NCBI RefSeq assembly: GCF_009914755.1
Contig: NC_060932.1
Strand: one strand, 5' to 3'
DNA: 64,000 bases
Source: the human T2T-CHM13v2.0 reference genome, Homo sapiens
Shown here piece by piece: positions 38,755 through 52,065 of this stretch. The notes beneath the pieces are model-generated. The model saw nothing but the letters and a program-made list of their open reading frames with translations. It was not told the DNA's origin and searched no databases. Numbering within the stretch: the stretch's first letter is position 1; every line of letters begins with the position of its first letter. The position numbers were made by a program, and so were the translations under genes.

Positions 38755-40350
38755 ATCTTACATATTCTGGATATTACACCTTTGTCAGATGCATTGTTTA
38801 CAAATTTTTCTCTCATTCTGTGGGTTGTCTCTTCACTCTTGATTATTTTGTTTGCTGTGCAGAAGTTTTTAGTGTGATGTAATCCCATTTGTCGATGTTT
38901 GCTTTTATTGCTTGTGCTTTTGAGGTCTTATCCAAAGCATCCTTGCCCAGTCCAATGTCATAAAGTGTTTTCCCTGTGTTGTTTTCTAGTAGTTTTATAG
39001 ATTTGGGTCTTACATTTAAGTCTTTAACTCATTTTGAGTTGATTTTTGTATATGGTAAGAGATAGGATCCTAGTTTCATTCTTTTTCATGTGGCTATTCT
39101 ATTTTCCCAGCACCATTTATTGAAGAGACTATCCTTTCTCAATGTGCATTCTTGGCACCTTTGTCAAAAATCAGTTGGCTATAGATGCATGGGTTTATTT
39201 CTGAGTTCTCTATTCTGTTCCCTTGTTCTATGTGTCTAATTTTATGCCAATATCATACTGTTTTGGTAATTATAGCTTTGTAGTATATTTTGAAGTCAGG
39301 TAGTGTGATCACTACAGCTTTGTGTCTTTATTTATCAAAAGAAAACATACAAATGGCCAACAGGTATATGGAAAAATGCTCAGCATCACTAATCATCAGG
39401 GAAATGCTAAACGAAACCACAAGGCACTATCACCTCACTCCAGTTAGAACGGCCATTATCAAAAAGACAAAAGATAACAAGTGTTGGTGAGGATGTGGAG
39501 AAAAGGGAACCCTTGCATACTGTTAGTGGGAATGCAAATTAGCCTTTTTGGGAAACCACATGGAGGTTCCTCAAAAATTAAAAATAGAACTACAATATGA
39601 TCCAGCAATCCCACTTCTAGGTATATATCCAAAGGAAATAAAATCAGTACTATCTGACTAAGAGTTATCTGCACTCTCATGTTTATTGCAGCACTATTCA
39701 CAATAGCCAAGATTTGGAATCAACCTAAGTGTCCTTCTACAGATGAATGGATTAAGAAAATGCAGGACATATACACAATGGGATACTATTCAGCCTTAAG
39801 AAAGAACGAAATCCTGTCATTTGTGACAGCATGGATAAACCTGGAGAACATTATGTTAAGTGAAATAAACCAGGCACAGAAAGACAAATAGCACATCTTC
39901 TCACTCATACGTGGAATCTAAAAAAGTTGATCTTACAGAAGTAGTGAATAGAACGGTTGTTGCCAGACACCGGCTGGAGTGGTGGGGGGTGAGAGGTTGG
40001 TCAATGGGTACAAAGTTACAATTAGGAGGAATAAGCTCTGGTGTCCTATTGTACAATAGGGTGAAAATAGTCAAAATAAGGTATTGTATATCTCAAGATA
40101 TCTAGAAGAAAGGATTTTGTAAGTTCCCACCACAAAGAAATGATCAATGTTTGTGGTGATATGTATGCTAATTATCCTGATTTGATTATTATGCAATCAA
40201 ATATACGATGTGATAATTACACAATGTAGACATGTATCAAAACATCACACTGTACCCCTAAATATGTACAATTATGTGTCAATTAAAAATTTTAAAAATT
40301 ATTTCAAAATAAAATATATATTTAAAAATTTAATTAAAAATTTAAAAATC
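38755..40350 (+). mobile_element. L1MA 3' fragment with 5' inversion
   Basis: 38755-39322 is reverse ORF2; from 39330 forward ORF2 end, 3'UTR and AT-rich tail (ORFs 39290, 39679). Confidence 0.9.
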
Positions 40351-40484
40351 AGAAAGCATTAAACATTTTTTATACACAGGGTCACCAATTAACCTTACCC
40401 TACCCCACCCCACCCCCACAGTCATGAGCATCAGCTCATCTTGCCCTTACCTTCTCCTCCATCCTCCAAGCTGCTGGTGCTTCC

Positions 40485-40777
40485 CTTCCATCCCCTTGAT
40501 GCTGTTCTGGAGACAATGAGTTAGTCTCCCAAGACCTGGTTGTTTAAAAGTGTGTAGCACCTACCCCCTATTCCTGCTCCCTCCATGTGATGTGGCTGTT
40601 CACCTTCACCTCCCGCCATGATTGGAAGCTTCCTGAGGCCTCTGCAGAGACAGAGCATATGCCAACATCACGCTTCCTGTACAGCCTGAGGGACCCTGGG
40701 CCAATAAATCCTCTTTTCTTTATAAATTACCTGGTCTCCATTATTTCTTTATAGCAATGCAAGAGTAAACTAATACA
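40485..40777 (+). mobile_element. MST (A/B-like) MaLR LTR, partial
   Basis: ccgccatgattggaagcttcctgaggcctc...cttcctgtacagcctg...ttctttatagcaatgcaagagtaaactaataca. Confidence 0.88.
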
Positions 40778-42454
40778 TTGACAAATCCCATGAAATAGTA
40801 CATAAATCTGTGTGTGTGTGTGTATGTGTGTTTGTGGCATTTTGGGAGGAATAGGATTCATGAAATCTATGCTATTTTCAAAGGGGTCTGTGACACCATA
40901 AAATGCTGAGAAGCCCTATTTAGATCCATCAATTCTGTGTCTTTACTAAATGGGACGACTTGCCTGAAATAAATGTGGCAGATAAACAACAGATTTAGAC
41001 AGCAGAGATGAAGAGACAGGCTTCAGAAAGTTTCCACAAGTTGGAAAAGAGGACCAGGAACACAGGGAAGAGTTCAGATGGCCCTACCTCCTGCGCACCC
41101 ATGGGAGAAAGGCCCAGCCCCAGCAGGGCGCACAGAAGGTGGAGGCTCAGAAGGGAAGAACTGACCTCGCCATAGGCTTGCAGGATCCGAGAGAAAGTGT
41201 TGCCCATGAAGGGCTGCCAGGTGTGGCAGGTTCGCAGGGAAGCTCTCTGCCCTCCTCCATTTGCCTAAAAGCAGGACAGAAATTTACAAAGCTAAAGGCA
41301 TCCCCTCCTCTCCACCCTCCACCCTCCCACTTCCCCAAGAAGATCAAAGTTTAACCACTGAGCACAGCTTTGGACCTTCCTTGTCTGGAGACAATGTCTG
41401 GAGACGATGTCAGAGGACTCTACATTAACTAACCTTTATCTGCCCTGTGTCTGCCTCCCCAGGTGTGGGGCAGCAGGACTGCCATGGCAGGAAAGGGACT
41501 GCGCGGCCCAGGCATAGCGCAGAAAGCACCTAAGTGGCTCATTGCCCAGCAATGAAGAAAAAATGAGTACCAAAAATGGGACTCCACCACAGTGACAGGG
41601 AGGGCCGGCAGGCTGGGGTGGCCGCATCTGAGGACCCAGAGTGAGCAGGACCGCGGCCCTTCTTTGCAGATGCCAGCACAGGGGGAGGAGATGACCACTG
41701 CTGCCCAGGGGAGAGCAGCTCCGAAGGGAAGGAGAAAGGGGATCCCTGCACGGACCCAGAAAGCCTGAATGAATGGCCTTGAGCTGAATTTAATTTTCTG
41801 CCTCAGTAGAAGAAAGGCTCAAAACAGAACTGAGTTATTTTAAGAGTACAGGATTTACACCCTGAGTTTGTGGCTGTGAGTGGCCAGCTTGGTCCAGACC
41901 CTCACCACCACCCCTTCCACACCACAGAGTGAAATAATTAGCAATCCACATCTGAATCTGAGATTCTTATTGTACCAGAGAAAGGTGAGTGCTGGGAATG
42001 TCAAATGATTTGTCCAAAGTACATTTAATGGCAAAGCAAGAACCTTTTACTTGAAAACTAACAGCATAATGCATGCTATCTGCAGGTGAGTGCACACCAA
42101 TTATATCCCATCTCTTACTCCAGAGACCTATCCTGTACCAAGCTTCTCTGAATGTCATTAACACAACCCAGAGCCTAATGGCCCACTTCAATCTTCAGGC
42201 TCAATTCCCATTCGATTGTCTAACCAAAGTGTCTGGCATGTAACAGACATTCAAGAAATGTCTTAAGGAATGAGTGAATGAATTTTATACAGTATTTTTT
42301 CTATAATTTTCCTCTTTTCAGACCTTTATTCCATATACAGCATTGATATCTGGGTGTCTGATGACACTGCAAAGAAGTTGGGTTCCAAATGCATGCCTGG
42401 AAAAGCATCCATGGACAATGGCCAGGGCGTCGCTGTAGAGAGTACAATGACGGC

Positions 42455-42640
42455 CCACTGCCTATGCTGTGCGCTCACTTGAGTCTCACAGTCACCCTCT
42501 GAAGTCAGTACAATTATTATCCCCCAAGTTCTAGGAGACAAAATGAACATCTGACAAAGTGACGTGGCTTGCCTGAGGTCACAGGCTGGGAGTTGCCAAA
42601 CAGAGACTCGGCCTCAGGCCAGTCTGTTTCTGAAGGCCGC
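42455..42640 (-). mobile_element. MIR
   Basis: caattattatccccc...gtgacgtggcttgcctgaggtcacaggct. Confidence 0.75.
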
Positions 42641-44004
42641 CTCCAGGCTGCCATCCCTGTTAGAGCTCTTGAAATTATATTATGGTCAAGTATGTTCTGA
42701 CTTTATGCGCAACTGATGCGGTGGACTACCTGCCCTACACTGCAAGGCACCTTCCGTGGCTGGCCTCTGACCATTTCCAGTGGGGAGAAACTGCACCATC
42801 ATGAAGACAGCAGGGGACCCAGTCTTGTTTGGCGTTTCCTACTTTCAGCAATCTGTGCTGCAGTTCTGCATCCTCGACACAGACAGCCAGGAATCCACTG
42901 TATCATACAAGAAGGATTAGCAGCCAGTTTTTTATTGCGATATAATACACATAACATTTACCATCTTGACCATTTTTAAGTGCACCATGTAGTTTTTACT
43001 TTTAAATGTAGATAAGCTGCTTAAATGCCCCCTACCTTGAGCAGGCTGACTCCTCATAGCAGAGAGAGACTCAACCTCACTTCTAGTTTACAGTGCAGAG
43101 GACAAGCCAAAAAAAAAAATCATATCCCATAGAGATGTCAACGTAGCAAAGTCCATTGAGTTCAGGAGAAGCCAGGAACTCCCCTTCATGGTCCAGCGTC
43201 AGACTGAGCACAGCACACAGCAGAATGGTCCCCAGAGGTGGGAGAACAGTTACCTGCTGCCTGCAAGGGTCACCTCCTGAGAGTTCATCCAGCAAGCCTC
43301 AGAGACCTCACCAACAGATGGGAGGCTGAGGGATGGCGGATTCCCCTCTATGCCATTCTTTCCAAACAGTTCATGGGTTTCTCTGTTTTAAACTTGCAGA
43401 GTAACCTAAATTCCAGTTACTTTTTCTGATAAAGTTTGATTCTGGAATTTGTATCATCTCTTTTTGAAGCTACAATAAAGTTAAGAATAAACTCTATGTT
43501 ATAACTTATAAATTATAAGCTATATAAGTTACAGTTGAGAATAGGGTTTAAACTTTTCTTAATTAAGACTATGCTCTTATCTAGCCTCCTTACTCTTACT
43601 GCAAAAAGAGATAAGAGTAAGAGGTGTCCCATAATCCCCACAAGATCAAGATGAATCTTATGTGTTGCAAACATGCGGGATGAAATGACTTATGAGGAGT
43701 GTAACACTTAGTACCTCCAGACAAAGCTACAACTTACTAAGAGAGAATCCTAACAAGCTATGTTCTTTATTTGGAAGGTTAGGAACCGGAATCTTCACTT
43801 TAAAATTCAGGAAAGATCTACACTGCTCACACAATCTGCATATGAATCTAAAACAATCCCTCAAATGCTTCCTTGACTTGGGGATTAATCAAGGAGCAAA
43901 AGGATGCATTGAGAAGCTAGAATCCACACTCAGGGTTTTACATGCTTATATTAAAGTAAACAAAGAGCAGTGGTTTGCCAACATTTTTGCTTACACACCT
44001 CCTT

Positions 44005-44340
44005 CTTCATTTGTTGTGGTGCTGTAACAAAATAACTGAAACTGGGTCATTTATGAAGAACAGAAATTTAGATCTCACAGTTCTGGGGGCTGGAATTCCA
44101 AGACGGAGGTGGCAGCAGGTTTGGTGTCTGGTGAGGGCTGCTCTCCACTCCCAGATGGTGCCTTGTGCTACCTCCTCAGGAGTGGGGGGAATGCTGAGTC
44201 CTCACATGGCGGAAGGCAGGGGGTGAAAGGGAGAAATTCCCCCTCCAAACCCCTATAAAAGGCTACCTAATCCCATTCACAAGAGAGGAGCCCCCCTGGC
44301 TTAATCACCTCATAAAGGCCCCAACTCTTAATTAACTGTG
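44005..44340 (-). mobile_element. MSTC/D or MLT1A-like MaLR LTR
   Basis: gctgtaacaaaataactgaaactggg...ctcacagttctgggggctgg...ggtgtctggtgagggc...aatcacctcataaaggcccc. Confidence 0.85.
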
Positions 44341-44433
44341 ATTAGTTTTCTGAAGTTCAAGCCTAGTTCATTATATCCCAGACTGAGTATGGGAGATATT
44401 TTGCATCTAACCACATAAGGAGATCTGTTCTTA

Positions 44434-44806
<373 letters not shown>

Positions 44807-46367
44807 CTACTGTGTTACAAGTAGCTATGGAACTTATAAAATATGTATTAGTAATTCTCATTAAGTGTAATATACTCTCAGTCTCCAATAATCTGGCAAA
44901 CATGAATGTAAATATTTTTCCCTTGGGTTTGAATAAAGGTTTGTGAAAATATAAAATAATTATGTGTATGTGCTCTACGTGACTTTTTTTTGCAAATTTA
45001 TAACGCCAGAAGTAAACATGTATCTTTTCACCTTCTCCTCTTTGAAACCATGCGAAATTGGAACTGAGTCACAGTCCAAGAAATAAGCCCATGAGAGGGG
45101 TCTGTCTCATGTCTGAGGGGAGGAATTGCAAAGGGCTCCTTTAGGGGCAGAGAGATGCTTCCTTGTGCGCTTTTTACGAATCTTTTGTACTTGATTCCAT
45201 GGATACTTCAAAGAAGGCCTGGAGCTTTGCTGTGAGCCTGTATTCAGATGGATAAATGTCTTGCCCTCACGGCCTTCATGCTTTTACTGATACTTGCCAA
45301 GCTTTGCTGTCAGGAAACTGTCCCTAAAGATGGGCACACTGCTCAACAACAGTCAGGGCAGAAAAGACGAAATCACAGAATCAAAAGTGGCTTTCTGCAC
45401 CGCCCCACTGGGCAATATCTCAGAACTCAGAACCTCCCAACAGTGACCAAATGCTGTTTCTAATGTCTTCTTTACTTTGAACAGAAACATGTTTAAGACA
45501 GCAGTGCAGATGACAGTATCTCAGATCGTTCCTTTGTTTTGTAAAGTGGAAGAAAGGCTGTCCTTAAAGGGGCAGGGAGAATGAAGAAGAGCTGTGACTC
45601 TCAAAGCAGGACCCGTGGGAAGGGTGCTGTCCTGAAGGACGCAGGTAGATGCCAAGACACCTGCTGGTTCCTCCTCCCCAGGGAACTATTTGCTCTTTCA
45701 CCTGTTGCTGCGCTGGCTCAGTCTGAACCCCCTTCTGTGGGTTCCACGGTGGCCCCATCCCAGATGGTCTGGTCTGATCTCCAGAATGCCCATTTCTATT
45801 GATGTATTTTTTCTAGGTGCCATTTTTCATAGCTGCAGCTTTGCTAAGTGATCTCATGAGTGGCTCTGCAAGGCTCCAACAGGATGTCTCTCTCCTGAGT
45901 GCAGCCGCCCCTTCTCTCCTGAGTGGGTGGGAAAGTCTCATCCTGGTAGGACCAGAGGCAAAACTGAAAATGGAGCATCCTTCAAAGAAAGCAGGGATAA
46001 TGAAGTCTGGTGGATAAGGACCAACAAGTACCTGTTGAATTTAGCAGCAAGGTAAAGTATTTGAGAGCAGTTACATCCGAGGAGTGCCACAGGAGGCAGC
46101 TGGCAGTGAGCTGAGCACGTGCCAAAAGATCCCTGGAAAGGCTGAGTGGATCTCCAATCTCATCCTTTCCTCTGTGAAACTTTCCCCAGTTTCTCCAAAC
46201 CACAGCTATGCATCAGTCCTGGCAGCCATATGAAACATTTTTTATTTTTCTTAAAATAGTCATCACATTTTGCCTTAGGTTGAAGCCATGATTTATCTCT
46301 CTTCCTGTATCATAAACTCTCCGAAGACAGAAAGTAGCATCAATCACATGTTCTCTTATTCACCCAT

Positions 46368-46984
46368 GACACACACACACCATACACCACACCCACACAT
46401 ATATATACACACCACACACCACAAACACACACCATACACTCTACACATATACACATTACACAACACACACATCACATCACACCACACACATATACACACT
46501 ACACACACTCTGCATATACACACCACACACTACAACACATCACACACACTCTACACATACACACACATCACACACCATATACACACCACACACCACAAAC
46601 ACACACATACACATACTCTACATTTATACACATACACACCATACACATCACACCACACACATATACACACTACACACACTCTTCACCTACACACCACACA
46701 CAACACATCACACACACTACACACACATACACATCACACACACTCTGCATATATACACACACTCTACAATACACACCACACACGTTACACACACTATACA
46801 TCTCACACATACACATTGCACACACCACATAGCTCACACACACCACATACACTATACACACACTACACTCATACATACATACACAGCACACACACCACAA
46901 ACATCATAAATACTTCACATATAGACATACACACCTCACACATACAAACCACACACACACACACACACACCCCAAACACACACA
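46368..46984 (+). repeat. Degenerate CA-rich low-complexity array
   Basis: About 620 bp of nearly G-free cacac/tacac/catca units. Confidence 0.95.
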
Positions 46985-47764
46985 GGCATAAGTGCCAACA
47001 CTCATTCCAACACACGGTAGTTGGTTTAAAATGTTAATTTAAATTGAGTTAAAGTACTCTACATCAAAAAAAGCTTCCTACCATTTTTTAAAATACTCTA
47101 TTCCACTGGTTTATTGTTGAATTATACAGTGGTGATACAGAAACTCCTTTCTGATCATTTGATTTATTTCCATCTCAGTGTCATGTTTTCACCTCTAAAT
47201 AAAACTCGATTTGAATAAATTGACACCCAGCATTAATCACGTGCTTACTAAATATTCATTGGAAGCATGGATACACACAGCATGTCTTTTAGAGCTCAAT
47301 GCTTGAGTTAGTTTTCGCTTGGGATGTCAACTGAATTTTAACATCCTTGGCAAACAGTGACTCCGTGTATAATGTGAAGATTCATCACACACGTCTCAGC
47401 TTGGAGCAGAGCTTTGTCAAGGGAGACGGGCCTCTCCTAGGCTGCCCCTCTGTTGGGTACCCATCTGCTCCTCAATTTTCTAGTCCCAGAGCCATGATAT
47501 TACCAAAAGAATGAAAGCTGATCAGCTTTTCAGACGCTCTGCTGAACAGAGTGTCATATAAGCAAAACACTAATTCACCCATTTAGGAAGTGAGTGTGGC
47601 TATCCAGGATGCCACACCCACGCTGTGTGACCAGCTCACATTGCCCAGCACAGAGGAGCAAAGACACCAGGAAGTGGGGTGTGCCTCAACTGCATCTTCC
47701 AGATCTCGTCTAACAGGAAATCCTCATTCTCATCCAGAACACTGGCAGCAGGTGCTTTAAATAT

Positions 47765-48262
47765 AGTCTATTAATAGAAAATTTGAGGTATAGTAAGGCC
47801 AACAGATCAGGAAATGGTTGCAGTTTGGAAGATAGTTTTTTACTCACAGTTCCCAAAAGGATGAAGCATGCCATGCCGTGCAGAGCCAAGAAGAATAACA
47901 CCGAGGGTGGTCAAGGGTTGGGGAGTGGGAACTGTGGGAAAGAGCCCTTATGGTGGTTTCCACAGGAAGGAATGTGTGAGGCAGGGGGAGCAGGCTTAGG
48001 GCTGAATGGGTTGAATAGTTTCAGTAGATTCTGGGGGGATAGGGACTTTCCCTAGCTGTCTGAGGTCATTAGGGTAGGTAGATAGTGGCCCAGATGTGAG
48101 ATCCCAATAAAGCAGGCCTTTGAGGTGTGAACTCTAGATTGTTGGCTTGTATTTGAAAAGCATTCTCATGGCAAGTGGTTTGCTATCTCTAGGAATTGTC
48201 AAGCCTGAGAGGGGCAGTCTCTCCAGGGTCAGCAAGGCTCCAAATGCCAAAGCATCAGAACA
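47765..48262 (-). mobile_element. ERVL solo LTR (MER74-like), copy 2
   Basis: gaagatagttttttactcacagttccc...ctccagggtcagcaaggctccaaatgccaaagcatcagaa. Confidence 0.75.
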
Positions 48263-49507
48263 CAAAAAACAAAAAATATGCTGAATACAGCAGGGAGTCT
48301 GGAGAAGGTAGCTTGGGCTTTTCAGCCTCTGACATGAGGGCACCATTGGCAGTCTCAGTGGATACTGAAGGTCAGGGGACCTGTTCGATGCAAGACCCTT
48401 TGCAAGGCTCAAGGTAAACACGACTCTCATGCTCAGACACAGCCAAGAAAGAGACAAGAGACAAAACAGCACACAATACTAATACAAGGCAAAGTGAGAC
48501 AAGGGACACTCAAGTGACAGAGGTACCTACATGAATTACTGAAAGCAGTGAGCACACTCCGCTGGGGGGACCAGGAAGGCCATGGCAATCGCACTGAGCT
48601 AGATTTTGACAGATTGGTAAGATTTGAAAGAATGAGGACAACAGGAATTTCAGATGAAAAGAAGAGGTAGTGAGGGGTTAAGAGAGAGTGTGTTTAGGGA
48701 ATGGGGCTAAGTGTCCTTTGACTCATAAGCTGGCATGAAAGAAGAACATAAACTCTAGGCTAGATCTAGAGTTTGAAAAAATCTTCTAACAACAACATCT
48801 GGAATTGACTGGAGTAGTCAATTCAGACACCTCTCCAATTAACCAATTGACAGGTCATGAGACCCAAACTATAAGAGTGGCAAGTGAAATGGAATTTATA
48901 AAGACAGGCTATTTTTTAAGTTGAAATAACAGATCTTGGTGGCCAGACTAGGAATTCTTCATAGACACGGATTAAGTCCTATGTATCTTATTAATGTCCC
49001 TGCTTTGCACAGTGCCTGGAGAAGAAGTGCAAGATATTGTAAAATAGGATCTACATGACTTGGTATGTTGAAGAAATGTTGACAGTGAGTCAAAAGGTTG
49101 TGAACCTTAATGGCAGAATGCTGTGCTCCTGACTGTGGCCACAGAGAAGCCACAGGGATGTCTGAATGAGAAGTGAGCCTGACTTGCTGAGATCAGGGGA
49201 GTAGCAACATTCATACTAAATCTGAGAAAGATCACAGGCAACAGTTTGGGAGCGAAATATGAAGCAAGAAACAGAGAGTAGAGGGAAGCTTTACAGTACA
49301 GCCTTGAAGTGAAGGAAGAGGAAAAACCAGGAGCAGACAGAGCCAAAAGAGGGCCTGGATCAAGCAGCATCCTGGAAACCAGAATCTGAAGGCCAAGAAA
49401 GACGTCCTGTACCATGTCACAAAAGGCTTAAGGGACCGTGGGGAAAAGCAATTGATTCTGTGCCTGGGAGGTGATTGGTGATGTCTGAGTGAGCACTTGC
49501 AATAAAG

Positions 49508-50232
49508 CAGTAATCCCCAACCTTGCGTTGCTCACTGTAATCTCCTGGAAATTTAAAAAGTTTCATGCCTCAAGTCCATCCCTAGAGATCCGTGTCTAAC
49601 AAGCCTGGGCTAAGATCTGGACATCAGGATTTTTAAAGCTTCTCAGGAAATTCTAATGAGCTGCCCAGCTAAGGTTGAGAATCATAGCAGTAGAATATTG
49701 ACAGAAGAAGCCAAATTACCCGAATTAAGAAGAATATATCTGGAAGGTGCCGGCCTTGTGCAAAGCAGTGTTCCTCAGACACGAGGGTGCATCAGAATCA
49801 CCGCAGAGCTTGTCCACCACAAAGGGCTGGGCTTCAGCCTCACTCGCCCAGAACTTCTGATTGAGTAGGTCTGAGTGGGGACCCAGGAATATGCATTTCT
49901 AACAAATTCCTAAGTGATGCTGATGCTTCTGGTCTGGAAATCACACCATGAGACTCACTGGTATAGAGATTACTCTTTCAAAAACTTTAGTGGTGAGAAA
50001 ATAAGAAAAACATTGTAGCCAGTGGATGAGAAGATTGACTCAAAAAATTTACCTCTGTAAAATAGCCCTAAAATCTGTTACTTGCTAGTTCAGCGGGCTG
50101 AGGCAAATCATTTCACCCAGTCCCGTTCGATGTTGCCTTACCTCACTATCACCTGGGAAACCTTAAACACATGCCCGTGTTCAGGCTTCACTCACAGAGA
50201 TTCTGATTTTCTGACCTGAATTGGGATCCAGG
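49508..50232. mobile_element. Cluster of three MER5-family hAT MITEs (~49508-49688, 49767-49960, 50140-50232)
   Basis: tgcatcagaatcacc, gcatttctaacaaattcc...gtgatgctgatgct, gttgagaatca, cagagattctgatt. Confidence 0.75.
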
Positions 50233-50234
50233 GT

Positions 50235-50421
50235 TTTATTTATTTTTAATTTTTTATTTTTAGAGACACAGTCTTCCTATGTTGCCCAGGCTGGAATGCC
50301 ATGGCTATTCACAGGTGCTATCATGGTGTACTGCAGCCTCACACTCTTGGGCTCAAGTGATCCTCCTGCCTCAGCCTCCCAAGTAGGTAGGACTTAGAGG
50401 CACATGTCACCATGCTTGGCT
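50235..50421 (-). mobile_element. FAM (fossil Alu monomer)
   Basis: Monomer retaining the 7SL-like segment ggctattcacaggtgctatc absent from dimeric Alu. Confidence 0.8.
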
Positions 50422-51707
50422 GTGTTAGACATTTTTTAAAGCTCATTAATTCAACTTACCAGTCTCACTTTTCTTGATGAATAATAAGAATCATATCACT
50501 GTGTGGTCAACTTTCTTATTTAAAAACTAAAGGTAAATTATACTTAATGGTGAAAGATTAAATACATGCTCCCAAAAGTGGGAACAAGACAAGGAAGTGT
50601 GCTGTCACCACTTTTGTTAACAGAATGCTTGACATTCTGGTCAGTGAGTAAGGCAAGAAAAGAAACTAAATAGCATATATATCAGAAAGAGAGAAATAAA
50701 ATTGTTTCTATGTGCAGATGACATGACTGTCTCCATAGAAAATCCCAAGAAGTCTTTCTAAAACTATTAAAACTAATAAGTGAGTTCAGCTGGATTGCAG
50801 GACACAAAATCAACATTGAACATTAATTATATTTCTACATACTAGCAATGAACATATGGAAACCAAAAATTAAAAACACAGTACCATCTATATTCACCCA
50901 AAGAAAGTGAAATACGTAGGTGGTATAAATCTAACAAAACATATATAGATTCATATGCTAAAAATTACAAAATGCTAATAAAAAACAAATAAGACCTGAA
51001 TAAATGAAAATATAAATTATGTTTACAAATTGTAAGACCCAACATCACAGAGATGTCCATTTTCCCCAAATTGATACACAGATCTAAAGCATTTTCTATG
51101 AAAATCTAAGCAAACTTTTGTAGATATTGACAAGATTATCCCACAATTTATATAGAAAAGCAAAAAACAAAAAACCTAGAATCCCTACAATTTTGAAAAC
51201 GAAGAATAAAGTAGGGAAAATGAGTTCACCCAATTTCAAGAATTACTGTATAGCACTGATAATCAAGATTGTGTAGTATTTGTGAAAAGACAGACTAAGA
51301 TCAATAAAACATAATAACAACAACCAAACGTAGGCCTAAACAAATGTGCCAATTTATTTTTGGAAATGGTACAAAAGTAAATCAGTGGGAGAAAGATTGT
51401 CTTTTTAACAAATGGTCCTGGAGGAGTTGGACATTTATAGACAAAAAGAAATAAATAACCTCAATACAAATCTCACACATTATACAGAACTTAACTCAAA
51501 TTGGATCACGAACTGAAGTGTAAAATGTAAAACTATTATTTTCAGAAAAAAAATAGAAGAGACATCGTAGAAAATGGTGCAGTAGAGAGGACCAAGATTT
51601 AGTTTCCTCATTGCAGCGACCATTAAGTTGGCAAAAAAAAAAAAAAAAAAAAAGAGAGAGAAAGAAAGAAACAACTTTTTCAGAACTTGGTAAATCTAAT
51701 TTTAAAG

Positions 51708-52065
<358 letters not shown>

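Noticed and set aside
41383-41414. 13-bp tandem tgtctggagacaa / tgtctggagacga
   Set aside because: About 2.5 copies with no spacers; simple local duplication, not CRISPR-like.
46288-47037. 249-aa His/Thr-rich ORF
   Set aside because: Translation of the CA-rich array, which is nearly G-free and so has few stop codons; not evidence of a metal-binding protein.
50235-50421. 7SL RNA gene
   Set aside because: Too short, diverged and lacking most of the S domain; fits a FAM retroposon.
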